Shown here: positions 29,066 through 42,410 of the stretch, in pieces
Position numbering within the stretch: position 1 is the stretch's first letter
How the letters are laid out: each line of letters starts with the position of its first letter
Assembly (NCBI GenBank): GCA_028534125.1
Contig: CM052832.1
Span: forward strand, 8,556,001 to 8,620,000
Reading direction: 5' to 3'
DNA: 64,000 bases
From: Lama glama
Taxonomy: Eukaryota
The notes under the pieces: generated by a model
What the model saw: only the letters and a program-made list of their open reading frames with translations
Database searches by the model: none
What the model was told of the DNA's origin: nothing
Made by a program: the position numbers and the translations under genes

Positions 29066-32000
29066 TGTAGAAAGCCCCGCCTGGGGAGCTGAGACACCAG
29101 GGTTCCAGCTCAGCACTGCTTCTGACACACTGTGTGGTCCTGGGTCAGTCCTCTCCTTGCTGGATAAGCTTGTTTCTCACCTGCACAGAGGTGGCGGGAC
29201 TGAGTGACCTGTGAGGTCCCCTCCAGGTTTGTGGGGTTCCGGCCTCTGCCCCCACCTGTAATAAACTGGGTTGCAGCACGAGGGCAGCAGCCACCACAGG
29301 GACCAGTGCAGGCAGTAACCTCAGGTGGCCTTCTGGGCATAAACAATCTTGCCACTGCCATCCACCTAACCAGAGCTGGGAACTGAGGGAAGCCTCGCAG
29401 GCTAAAGCATGTGTTCCTACTGTTGGGACATGCCCTGGCCATGACTCCTGTCGCATTCCAACGGGGCCTCAGGCAGGAAGAATGGTGAGGGGGTGGGGAG
29501 GGAGGGAAGCAGGAGTGGCCCCCCTCCTCTGTCTGGGCAGCCTGGCCTCTGGCTTGGGGTTCTGGGGCGTGGCAGCAGGCACGAGCCGCCAACCTCTACC
29601 CCTTTGATGGTGAGGCAGAGCGTGTCCCCACAGGGCACAGGCAGCTTGCTGTGTCGGGCTGACTCCCTGTGCAGGAATCTGGGCGGGCCTGAAGGGACAG
29701 CACATTCCTGAGGTGTGGGGAAGCAAACAAGTCACCCCGCAGGTTCCCTGGGGCCACCCCTCCAGAGGGCCCCAGGGTAGGAGCTCCTCTGGCCTGGGGG
29801 AGAGTGTCCAGGAAGTCCCAAGCCAGCCTGGGCACCTAGGTCCTGACACTCAGGGGGTCCAAGTGTAGGGGTGTCTACGAGTTAGAAAAGGGGGTAGAGC
29901 CAGAGACGCAGGAATGAGAGATACAGATAGCCAAGAGCTTCTACGAAACCCAGAGGACGTTCCAGAGCTGGCCTCTGCCTTCTCCCCTTCTCTATGGAGA
30001 AACCAGGTCCCCACTCCCTTCCCCACCTGCTCCCCAGTCAGCTGAGGGGCCTTTATATACCATCTATTCTCAACCGCTTTTCTTCCCTATTCCTGCCAAT
30101 GCCACACTGTCCTCTAGGCACTGGGAACTCATATGGGCAGTGGGCAGGCAGGGAGGACACTGACCTGCCCAGGTGTCTAGTAAGTCTACCTGTAAGGAGA
30201 GCAGCCTCCCCTGGACCCTGCTGCCCTAGCTCTAGATGTGTGACAACTAGCCCGTCACATGAGCTCAGCCTGCTTCATCTCGACCTCACGGCCCCACAGC
30301 ACACATTCCCAGGGCTTTCATGACCAGATAATCTGGTTCACTGAGGGGACAGACAGACAGTGTGGATGTGGCTGGCAGTGAGATGGGCAGTAACTGCAGA
30401 CTCAGACTCTGGGATGAATGTCAGTGGTGATGGGAGTTTCTCCCTCCAGGCCAGAGACTGCTCTTTCATATGTAGCATCCTCAGTGAAAACAGTGTCCGA
30501 GTCACAGGGAGGGAAGTGACTCCCAACTAGGGAAGCAGAAGACAATGCCCACCCGGGAGAGAGTCCACCAGGGAGCCTACAGAGGCCCCAACACAAGTCC
30601 ATGAGGAAGAGTCCATGCCACTCCCTCCATGCGCCATGCCCATAAATACCAGTGTGCGCTGGGGCCCTGGCTCCAAGTCCTGAGACGGTAAGTGCCTCAG
30701 ATCCAGCCCAGAGGGGACCACAATTCTGGTACTGAACAGGGACACGATGTGCCTGGCAGGCTGCTGTCCTCGACTGGAAGCGCTGCAGGGAAGGTCAGAC
30801 CCAGCGGTGAGAGCAATGCCAGGCGCACTAGAGAACACAGTGAGAAGCAGCTGGAAAGCAGGTCCACAAGCCGGAGAAGAGAAAAGGTGAGAGGGACGGC
30901 GGTAGAGCAGTCCCTCCAGGAAGACCCAGCTACAAGGTGCAGCCTCCACGGGCCACCTCTCCTTCACTCAAAGATTCCCAGGTTACCTTGGAGTGTTTCA
31001 GCCCAAGGAGACTCCCAACCCCACAGTGAGAGGAGGAGGCCCCCAGAGACAACTCAATGGGCCATGGGCCATAAAGAGCAAGCAGGAAGCCTTTGAGGCC
31101 TCTGGATGCTGAGCTGGCTCCAGGGCATCTCCAAGAAAAGAGTCTTCTAGAAGGTCTAGAAATTGACAGGGAAGAATCCCACTCCCATCCCTCACCACAA
31201 ACTACCTGAGTTTCAAGGAACTGGAGGCAGCTGACTCAGGATGTGGGGCTACCAGATCACATGCTGGGTTTGTACTACAAGAACAGCTATGCTCTGGGAG
31301 AAAGCTTGGGGCCTAAGTTAAAACCCCTGACTAACCCAGTCTTATCTGGGGCTCCTCGGGCTGGACCTGCAGGCACTGCTGACGGAGATACCCAGAGCAG
31401 CAGGAAACCCTCCCTGTCTCATGGAGGTGAGGCGAGAAGGGAAAGCAGTTCTCCTCATGGCCCCCACCCCACCTAACCCCGCCGCCTCCTTCCTCTTCCA
31501 TATAGTACTCACTCAAAATCAGTTCAGAGGAGAGACTCAATAGCACCCCCCATTATCTGCTGGGGCGGAGAGAGGGGTGATAGATTCGTAATTGCCATGT
31601 TGCAATCTGCCAGTAGGTGCAGGCCGCCTGTTGCCGCCTGCCCTGTATTAAATACCTTCTCCCTGATTACAGCCCATGGGGCACGATTAGCTGCCTCTAG
31701 AGAACAAAGTCTACTTTCATTAGATGGGACTCGGCACACACAGTGAACCTGCGCCGTGAACCCAGTGAACAGCTGAGCAGAGCGTGTATCAGGGACAGAT
31801 ACAAGGAGAAATGCGCACCACAAGTTGGCAATATCCTTTAACCAAAGGACAAAAAAAAATCTGCTAAGCATCTCTCCCAAACCAGGATATGTGGCTCAAA
31901 CCCGCTCCCCTCTGTGGAAACGGAGAGTATGCGTATGTGATCAGGAGCTTCCCCCGTGGTCAGGGATCACGCTGCTGGAGGCGGAGTAGGGTAAGGAGAA

Positions 32001-32420
32001 ATCTCTTCCAAATCCTGACTCTCTCCACACGATTACCCTTTCTCTTACTCCCTACAAACACCCACAGGAGGCATCAGGATGCCTTCTTACTTCCCTCTGC
32101 CATCCTTTCCATGGGTCTCCCAAGACCCAGGGCAAAGTCAAAAGTGCAGGAGAGGAGGGGAGGTCCCAGCATCCAGCTTTCTCCCTGCTCAGGACGCAGA
32201 GGCTACCCCCTTAACAGCCCAGCAGAGGGAGAGAGAACTAAATCCAAAATGTGTGTGACTCTTTGGCTTTTCAAACTCTGCCTTCCCCTACCAGACGTCT
32301 CCTCCAGCTCCCAAGTTATGCACTATACCTCTTCCACCTGCCCATTCAACTGCCTGCCCAGAGAGACCACCTGCCTCCTCTGCACCCCACATCACCCACA
32401 CTATCTTTAAGAAATTATGG

Positions 32421-32510
32421 GGAGAGGGAGGGTATAGGCCAGTGGCAGAGCACATGCTTAGCATGCACAAGGTCCTGGGTTCAATGCCCAGTACCTCCAT
32501 TAAAAAAAAA
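32421..32510 (+). mobile_element. tRNA-derived SINE (camelid Vic-type), short form
   Basis: tRNA-like head with A/B boxes (GGGTATAGGCCAGTGGCAGAGC...GGTTCAATGCCCAGTACCTCC), poly(A) tail, flanking TSD AAATTATGG. Confidence 0.8.
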
Positions 32511-35500
32511 AATTATGGTCCCAACAGTTTATCTGGGTTCGGATTTCTGAACCTACTGATAATACCTGCTCCCAGTTGTTACTGAATGAAGCAAGCAAGG
32601 AAACTTGAGGGGCCAATGAACCCAATCTTCTGAATCAGGGAAGGCACATGTATCACCACAAAAATCATTAAAGCTCTTCTTCATAATTTGCTCAAAGAAA
32701 GTCAAATGAAGTTAGCATCACTACTACTTTTAAAATGGAAGGAAAAGTGGCCCCTTTTCAGAATACTCCCACTGTGTTGTACACTGCCTTAACCCAGCAA
32801 GATACAAGTAAATAATAAAAACAAATAGGGGCCCTTCCCAAAGCCCCTAAGCAACTGCTGACCATGAATGTCTGATCACAGGGCCTGGCACCTCCCCTGC
32901 GGGAAGCCCCCTCAGCTGTAAGCCCTGCAGTAGTCTCTGAACTCCGCAGGCCTGGAGGATGCTGTGCCCCTGGGGGCAGGACACACTCCTGCAGCACAAG
33001 TCTGGCTGCTTCTCAAGACTCTAAAATCCAGGCTCTGTCTCCAGCTGAGGCCCAAGAAACACAAACCACCACTCTGCAAGGGCTAGCTCTGTAACCAGGT
33101 GACCCACCAGGGGCCCTTGGGACTGTCCACAAGGCAGCCCCCCCACATCAGTACAGCTCCTCTCTACCTCAACTGTCAGTGAACAGCCACCAGCCAGCCA
33201 GTCCTACCAGAGCAGGCTAGGTTCAGCCTTCCCCACACAGGCCCCCAGTTTCCGGAGCAGCTGTTCCCGAGATACCTGAGCAAAGCCCTCAGCGATCCTG
33301 GGCGCGTGGCAGGCAGGCAGCCAGCAGAGAGCGGGGTGGGGCCCAGGAGGGCTCTGCTCTGGGCCGAGGACGAGGCTGGAAGATGCCAGTCTGTGCCCAG
33401 ACCAGCCTCACTGCCCCTCCCCCAGCCAGGCCTGCCACCCCACTGGGCAAGAACAACCTCACCCTCCTGGGACATGCTGCCTGCGGCCCTGATCTGGCCC
33501 TCTGCCTGCTCTAAGCGGAACAGACTGACAGGTTTTTCAAAGCCAAAATGGGTGGGAATTATTCTGCCCCAGAGTCATCCTGGGGCCTCAGAATTAGTGA
33601 TGGTGACCTGTGAGAGCTCACCTGGCTCCCCACCTGAGCAAATACCTCACGTCTATCCACGTGGTCTCTCGTTCAAGCAAACACTTGACAGGAATAAAGG
33701 GGCTGAAGACTATCGATGATGATGATCTAAGCAAACCAACCCCTACCCAAAGGGAGGGCCAAAACATCCCCAAGCTCATAACTAGCACTGGACCTTAGCT
33801 CCCATGCCGTCTCCTATGGAAGGGTCAAGTGAGGGGTGGCCCTGAACCAGCCTCCACTCCAGGCCCCTTCTGCTCTCCTGGTCAGAGCCAAGCCACAGAC
33901 CCCTCCAGCTTGTTAATTCCTTATTCAAGGTCCCTACACATCCACATAGCATCTACACTGTCTCTTATTTACACACTCCCACCCCACGGTCACAGGCATC
34001 CTGGCCCAAGGCAAACAATCCACTTGGAGGATCTTCAGGTTTCAAGTTGCTCCATCCAGCCTACCCAATGCTGCACTGCCTCCCGACGCAGGAGTATCTG
34101 TCTGCAGTGTCTGTCTACAGAGTTACCTATGCAGAACACCAGGGAGCCCAGAGTAATTGGCCTTCCTGTTATCTCCAGACCCCTCTTCTCCTTTCCAAGC
34201 CTGGGGGAAGGACGGAGTTGGGCTGAAGCTTCTCCATGGCAAGCTGTTCACCAGTCTCCCAGTCTGAGGCAAAGGCCTCCCCTAGGCCCACTGTGGAGTC
34301 CAAAGCCAGGTCCTGCCCCCTCTCGTTGAGGCGCCCTTCCCAGTTCTTCTCGGCTAAAGTCCACCTGAAGCTCCAGGTGGAAGCGGTGAGGGACAAACTC
34401 CATCCCCAGAGCAACAGTCGCCAATGATAAGTACCTGGTTCTGGGTTCCAGCTTTCAGTTTAAGTAGCTTCACTCTTCTGCCCTGAGAATTCCCCACAGC
34501 CAGGCCAAGGTTTTCCTCAACCTCCTCACCCCCAAGGAGAACCTGCAATTCACCCTAAATTACTATCTTAGGATGAGAATAACGGGGACACCATTCAATC
34601 TCCCCCTCTTAATAAAGGGAGGAAATTATCAGTTCTAGCAGAAAATTCCCTTCCCACTCTGATTCCATCCATCTCTGAGTCATGAAATCAATAGCTGGTA
34701 ACTGAGGGATGTTCTCAAACTCCATGGAGCAGAGGAGATGGCATGATGTAAGCTAAGAAGAGGAGGCAGCCAGGCTGGGGATGGAAGGGAGGACAGAGAC
34801 AGGCTGGTGGTACCTCAGGGCAGGTTAGCTGGCCCAGGTCAGACTCACAGGGTTAGTGTCTTCTCCCCAACCAGCCAGCTCTCCTGGTTAGCATGGTTAG
34901 CGACAGACTCATGGCAGACGCCCTCCAGGCACTCCATACAAACAGACAGCTTGGTTTGTGAGCAGCCCAACTCCGGAGCTGCAAAGAGAGAGCAGAAGGA
35001 ATGCCAAGCTGTAGGGTGCCCGAGGGTACACACTGCACTCTCCTGACAGGGAAGCTCCTCCCAACTTACCACGAGACCCTCAGGGGCTTTCTCCCATCTG
35101 GAAAGTGTGCCAGGTGGAAGTATAGTACTCCCCCTGCCAACCAGTTAGCCCAGCCTGTGACCCCAGGTAACAAGGCCTCCGGTTGGTCAACAGAAAGAGA
35201 GGACCGCTACTGTGGGGGGCACTGCTACTGGAGGGTGGCTCCCCTGTCTCACTTGTTCCAGGAACTCTGCTGCCAGGCAGTCCCAGAGCCCTGGAAGCTG
35301 GGTTGTAAGAACAGAGTCAACCACAGCTGCAGCTGCCACCCAGCCCATGCCTGTGCTGACAGAGTTCACCCCACCACCTCCCACGGGCTCCCAGGAAAGG
35401 GGCTAGGAGAGAACTGGCCCAGGGACCGGAGGCTGCAACAAGAGCTGCATGGAAAGCACAGTACAATGGGGCAGTGTGCGCCCAGGCCTGGAGCTGGGCC

Positions 35501-38500
35501 AGTCAGGGGAACGGGTGACATTGCCACCTTTCAGTTTCTGAAAGGGCTAGGGACGGCACTTCCCAGGGAGCTGGCCCCAGAGGAAACCACGGAGCGAAGC
35601 TAAGGGCTATACTAGGGCCAGGCTCCCCAGACTCCGAGAGGGACTATCCCACTTCCTCAGAATGAGCAATGCCCAGGAGGACTAGCGTTCCTACACAGCC
35701 AGCCCGGGGAACAGCAGAAACCACTCTTTCCCGAAGCCTCCAGAACCACCTCGGGGAAGTGACACACCCTGGCTTAGCGATCTCATGGCAAATGCATCAC
35801 AGCAGTGGAGGCCCAGAGACCCTATGGGATACAACTCCTGGGGCAGGACAGAAAAACTACGGCAGAGATCAGCAAATACAGCTTGTGCTTCATAGAGAAG
35901 GGCAACATGTTGGCAGGGAAAAAGCAGGAGGTTCTCCCTTTTGTCTGAAAGGCCTGTAGATGATATGACACGGGGTAGAAAGGGGAGAACACCCTGGCCC
36001 CACCGATAGGCCTGACCTTCTCCCACGCCCAGGCCAGCGATAAACACAGACAGAAGGCTCCTACCAGCTTCCCAGCTGCCTCCTCACGGGGCTCCCCACT
36101 TTGCTCTGATAGCTCCAGAGGCCAAAAAGCCAAGGCCTGACCATGGAGGATAAGATGACCATCTAGCAGGGAAGATAACAACTCTTTCTGCAGGCTCTGA
36201 CATCTTCCCTAGACTGGTAAGAAAGCATGGCCATGGACTGGCTACCTTCTGAATCCTCACCACACACAAAGCAATAAGTAAATAAATAAACACCAGTGGG
36301 GTCTGGTTTGCTCTCAAAAGGTAGAGAAGCAAGTGACCTGGCTAATCCAAGGTTTCAGAAACCAGAGGGGACTGTCTGCACTGAAATAGGGATTGAGAAA
36401 TCAGGTAAGTCTACTCTCTACTCAGCCAAAGATGAAACAAGGGGAGAAACACATGTGAGATGGAAGTGCTGATGCCTGAGTCAAACTTACATCCATCCTG
36501 ATTCCCTATCAAGGGCACTCCTGCTAGACAGTTTCATCTCAGAATAAAAAACAATCCCTCAGAGACAAGCAGGTGTCTGCTGTGGCGAGAACCTCTAGGA
36601 AAGCTGCCCCATCCTCCCCAAGGAGCCAGCCCCTGAGGAACACACCAAACGGGGAGGGAGGCTGCAACCAGGCTCCTCAAAGGCTCTAATAGGGACTATT
36701 TCCGCACCAGGTTACTTGTTAGGAGGCAGAGCAAGTTGAAGAACAGGATGTATTATTATTGAGCTCTGTTTATTTTACAGGCAGTACACGATGAGGGATG
36801 TCTGGAAGGACACAAAAATGATTAGAAGGATTCATGATAAACAGTTAACAAGGGTTCCTTATTTTGGGGAAAGAACTTAGACAGGAGCAGTGGGAGAAGA
36901 AAGGGAAGGCCTTCTTACTTTTTATTTTGTATGTTTTTCTGTATGGTTGGCATTTTATATGAGGACATATACTGTTTATGATGAAAACATGCAATTCCTA
37001 CAAAAAAGGACAAAACCCTCCATCTGCAAAGTGCCGTACCATTCCAGAAGTGATTTCCCTTCTATTATATTTCCTTTGATCCTTGTAGCCTAGTAAGGCC
37101 CATAGAGCAGTTAGTGACGGAGAGGACAAGTGACTTGCCCAAGATCATGGACACACTGGGACAGAACCCTACATTTCTAATTCCAGTGCAAAGCCTGGAA
37201 AGCTGTCTTCTCCAGGGAGCCACAGAAAAGCCACAACAATTCTGCTTTGCTGTAAAGATCCTCAAAGACTTCTGAGATTGAATTCTCAACTTGGCTTCAT
37301 GGGAAGGTGCAAAGAGGCCACTGTTCAGTATCCAGGGCGAGAAGCACAGAGTTGTAACCCACTGGCTGGCTGAGAGGAAGCACAGGGCTTTCGGGTCTAG
37401 GCTGTCTTCCCACAAGGCAGTCCCTCTCCTGAGGGAGTTCCCTGCCACAGTTTACAGGAGAGCACAGAAGCTCTTCATAAACAGGGAGGCCATGACCTTT
37501 ATAGATCCCAGTGTCACCTATCAGACCACTGGCACTTATGAGATAGGCCTAACAAAGAAGAGGTCTCACTCTTCCATTTGTGATCAGTCCACGGGACTCA
37601 GTCCCTCTGAAGCTGAAAAGCACACAGCACAATCCAGTCCAGATGGCTCACCCAATCTCCTCTCAAATCTGCTTTACATACAATGCAGCTGATCGCTCCT
37701 GCCAAGATGCTATCAGTGAAGATGTGCCATACTACAGTGCGCTCACACACCCACACCCCACACCAAGGGACGACGGGTAGAGCCAGGGGAAAACTCCTTC
37801 AGTCCACTTCTACCTACTATTTTCATCCTTTTGATCATCAGTCCAGGCACTAACAAGGTTGTAGTAAGTCCTGGCTGTGAGCGTGGGGCACACCGAGATA
37901 GGACTAGTGATACAACAGAAAAGCAAGCAGGTTACAGTGGGCACTAAAAGGAGCTTAATGAATAGCAAAGAGGATTCCAGCAGCCAAAGACTTTTTAGAA
38001 GATGCTAATTAAGCAAGAAAATACACCTGTGTATATTTCACCTCCTCTTTTAACTCCCTCCTGCTGGCTTAGGATGTGTGATGAGAACACAAGAAGGCTG
38101 AAAAGGGAGACTGCTGAAGCCAAGCACCTGGAAGATCATTTAACCACAGTAACTCAGCTCTGGAAAACAATTAGTAATACAATTGTTAACACTATCACTT
38201 TTTGTTTATGCCGGACCTTCCTTCCGGAGAGTTCAAAAGGTTTTGCCAAATAGATCTCACCTGCTTTAGTCTAAGGACTAGGCTGGGCCACCCAGGAACC
38301 AAGACTGCTCAGCCTTCAGTAAATGACCTTGCCTCTAGGAAGCTTCTAAAAAGACCCTGCCCCTAGGTGGGAAGAGACAGGTTAACAGCCACCTGCACTG
38401 CAGTGTGGTATGTGCTGAGAGCAAAGAGGAGAGATGCCTGGCTGGGGAAGGGGTTTAAGGACTAGAAAAGAAGGCTGCCCTCCTGAGAACCCAGACAAAT

Positions 38501-41328
38501 TTTCCTCTGATTGTAAACTCACACTGGGGCACCACGTGGCAATATTCAATTAAGAGGTCTAGATTTCTGGAAACAAATTCCTTTGGTGTTTCTTGGGAAC
38601 TGGTGCCCTAAGAACTACCCCCCATCAACTATACTGACAACAAAAAGACAAAGAATGGACAGCGGCTCTCAGCTACAATCCCCATTTCTGGGGGACACCA
38701 GAGTTAATACTGTTCTGTGGCAAAAGAAGATCATCAAAGCCCTAAGAAAACTGGGACAAGAAGTCTGGCTTCCTCAATGCCTAGATGTGTTCCATCAGCG
38801 TCCCCCAACATTTTTCAGTCCATAAAACATGGGGGAACATGGATCTTCAGACACCCCATCCAGTCATCCACAGCCTTAGCTACATCACAAATCCAACACC
38901 TACCCGACCGCACCTGTATCCAGCAAGGTCACCACCAATCTCATACCATGTCATGATCCATCAAAGGAGTCATTACAACATAACAGATGGAGACGCACCA
39001 ACAATCTTATTTTGCACATTGACAATGTACAAAATAAGATCTCACCCTTTTTATTGCTTCATCACAAGAAAGGAGATTCTCTCAATTTTATTCCCACTTC
39101 AAAAATGTTCCTGGCTACCTGGCAAAAATCAAAAGGCTTAGTCTAGCTCGAATAAAACAAAGCCTCTTCTTATTTACTGAGTTTTCAAAAATGAGATTCA
39201 TTCAGTCAACACATATTTACTGAGTATCCTTCATATGCCAGGTACCATGCCCCATGCCGTGAACTCATTATCTCTAATGTTCAATACTCCTGCAAAAAAG
39301 AATGTCACCTTCATTTTCTGGGGGACAAGACCAAGGATTCTACTGCTTAAGTAACCAGTCCACAGTCACACAGCTTGTAAGTGGCAGAGTTGGGACTGAA
39401 ACCCAGCTCCCAGATCAGACTCCATCACATTGCTCACCCCTCTTCCAACTCCCCCCACCCCCACCCTCCTTGTCTCCCCTATTCCCTCACCCCGACCCCA
39501 TAATTAGGAAGGGACCCCCTCTACAGGGGGTCAGCTCAGCGAAAGAGACAGTGAGAAATAGAGAACTCACCACACAACATGGTGTGTGCCCGAACAGAGG
39601 TTTGCAGTGCTGTGGGGGCCAAGAGGAAGAAAGGAAAGCAGGAAAGTCTTCTCACCAGAGGCGACAGAGGAACTGGGTCTCAAGGAATGAGCAGAGTTTA
39701 AGAGACAGATGAGTGTTAAGGAGAGAGTGAAGTGCACAAGCAAGAAGAAAGTAAACAGACAGCCAGAACAGGTTCAGGAGCAAGGAAACACAGGACAGAT
39801 GAAGTAGAGTGGCAGAAACTCAGGCCAGAGGGTTGAGTTTGGGACAGAGTGTAAAGAAACTTATTGCATGACGAGCTAAAGAGTGTGGACTTTATCCGAA
39901 ACAAGGGAGAAGCCATGGCATTTTTATGGGAAAAGACATCATATTTTATAGGAAAATAATTTTTACAGCAGCACGTTAGGTAGATTAGAGTAGGGGGAGA
40001 CTGTCCACATTTCATTCGTTCTAAACCTACCAAAACATTATAAAGCATCTGCTATGTGCCCTGCGCTATCCTAAATGCTAGAAGACAACAGTGAATGAGA
40101 CACAGTGTCTGTTCTCAGGGCACTGATGGTCTTGGGAGAGTCAGACTAGTAAACAGGCAATTACAATACAGTAAGTGTTGAAATAGAAGTATGCACAGAA
40201 GGACACTCAAGGGTGGTGGGATCCCAAAGGAAGTGACATCTAAATTGAGATCTCAAGAGCAATAAGGAAGGTAAAGGGAGTCTGAGATGTCTGCACTCCA
40301 GACAGAAGGACCCACACGTGCAAAGGCCCAGAAGTTGCAGAGAATGAGATAAGTTTAGAGAGCTGTTAAGGGGCTGAGTCCAGATGGAGAAGGCCCAGTT
40401 TTCCCACAGGTCCTGGGCACTCAAAATATGGTGGTGAGGAGGAGGTAAAAGGATTCAATTCAAAGATAATACGTGAATACAGGGTGTTATGAGAAGAAAC
40501 TGACTTAGATAACAACAAAAAGAAAACAGTAAAGGGGGAGAATTGGCTCAAAATCCATCAGCCTTGGCCCTGCAGTTCAATCATGTGCTAAAACGTGACC
40601 TGAATCCAGAAAGTCTGAGGACTTTTACCAAAACACAAAAGTGTACTCTACAGAGATGACACGTTTCAGCATGCTGACTGCAGCACAAATCAAGATAAAG
40701 TACATTATCCTGAGATACGTGGCTCCTATAGTGAAGGAGGAGGGGAGAGACTGACAGACGCCGTCTAACTCTCAAAATCACATGTGCCACAACAAACGGA
40801 AAAGTTCATCACAGGGCTGGGTCAGAATTCTCAAGGAAAGCCCTAAGTCCTGAGCCCCTGATTCCCCAAAATCTGGTCAAACACCAGGTGTATGCCTACT
40901 CTTCTGGCAAAGAGGAGTCATTTACTGAAGAAAAAGATGGGCCCTGAGGGCGTGTTAAATAGACAGGACATGACTCAGAAGGAGGGGAAGAGTGAGTCTT
41001 AAGTACAGGGCAAAGGAAAGCCAGTCAATCAATCCTTGGACACACCTCTGCCCCAAGGCCGCACACGGCTTCCTGCCTGGCTAAAGGGAAAGAGACTTGG
41101 GCGCTGCATAAGGGCCTTCCTCAACAACACAGCACACTTATTTTCCATTTTCCTCTCAAGTTGGAGGGAGAGCTCTGCTTAAAATGCCATTTTTTCGCCT
41201 GTGTAGTTTGCTGCTTGTTATTTTTAAAAGATGAATCCAAACTGTCTATGAATTTAACACTATGTCTACTTCAACTGCCCATGTCAGTAATCAAAGTCAG
41301 AAGTGAGCCTTATACTTCCATCTACATT

Positions 41329-41350
41329 ACACACACACACACACACACAC
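41329..41350. repeat. (AC)11 microsatellite
   Basis: Read directly from the sequence. Confidence 0.95.
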
Positions 41351-41694
41351 AATCTTTAAGGCATGCTAAGAATGGATACAAATGTCACTCTGTCCGCTCA
41401 CCCAACCCAACCTGCTTTCCAGAGGGCAGTCACCAAGTTAAATCATGAAGAGAGAGGCCAGACTTGGTTAACAGGTCACAGGGGGCTGCCTCACCGGTCC
41501 TTGCACTAGTTATTATCTTTGAGAAGGAGTGAACTGAGATGAAGAGCTCAGCTCCTAAAACATTTCTAAAACAATCAAAAAATTTTTACTACAATATGGG
41601 CATACATTGAACCATTGTGACAAACAAACAAGAAATACAAATTGCCAGTAAGCATATTTTAAAGTTCATACCAAATCCAAAAAAAGAAGCTCAA

Positions 41695-41925
41695 ATGCTA
41701 AAGCCAGATTGCCTGAGTTCAAATTCCAGCTCTGCCACTTACTGGCTGGGTGACATTGAGCAAATTCCTTAACCACTATGCACCTCTATTTACTCATCTG
41801 TGAAATGGGGATAATAACAGCATTACATCAGAGGGTTGTTGTGAAAATTAAACCAGTGAATACATGTAAGGCACTTACAACAGTGCCACATAGAATGTGC
41901 TCAATAAGCATTATTACTATTATCA
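41695..41925 (+). mobile_element. MIR SINE
   Basis: GAGTTCAAATTCCAGCTCTGCCACTTACT...CTCATCTGTGAAATGGGGATAATAA core and ATT-rich tail. Confidence 0.85.
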
Positions 41926-42169
41926 TTCAACTGCAAATTAGATAATTCTACAGCCTCACAGCTTCAAACTGGAAATCACTGGCATTTTACATCACTTTAA
42001 GTACTTAATGAGGATGGTCTCACACATGCAAAAACCTATATATACTTATCCAAAAGCTGTGCCTCTTCTCTCTAACATCAGGATAGCAGCCCAAACCAGT
42101 ACTGGTCCTCCACAGAGAGACACCAAGTTCAATCATGAAGCAGAAATCAGTGCTGAGATCTGACTCGCA

Positions 42170-42410
42170 TAATAATAATAATAATAATGTATTGAGTGTC
42201 AGGCACTGTTCTAAACACATTAATGTATTAACTTATTTAACCCTCACACAACTCTATGAGATAGGTACTCTTACCATCCTATTTGACTGATGAGAAGGCT
42301 GAGGCATAGATTGCTGTGCAATTTCTAAAGGTCACAGAGTTACAGATGGCAAAGCCCAGATTTGAACTAGGCAGTCTGGCTCTAGTGTCAGTGCTCTTAA
42401 TCTCTAATGT
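42170..42410 (-). mobile_element. MIR SINE
   Basis: (AAT)n tail, then reverse-orientation MIR core ...GATGAGAAGGCTGAGGC...ATTTGAACTAGGCAGTCTGG. Confidence 0.8.

Noticed and set aside
31570-31870. Enhancer-looking block with TAATTG, TTGCAAT and AACAAAG motifs in the TJAP1 intron
   Set aside because: Short motifs only; conservation cannot be assessed from this sequence.
32421-32500. tRNA-like sequence
   Set aside because: The poly(A) tail and TSDs mark it as a SINE, not a tRNA gene.
35001-35603. 200-aa plus-strand ORF in the TJAP1 intron
   Set aside because: No domain or splice context; consistent with a chance ORF in GC-rich intron.
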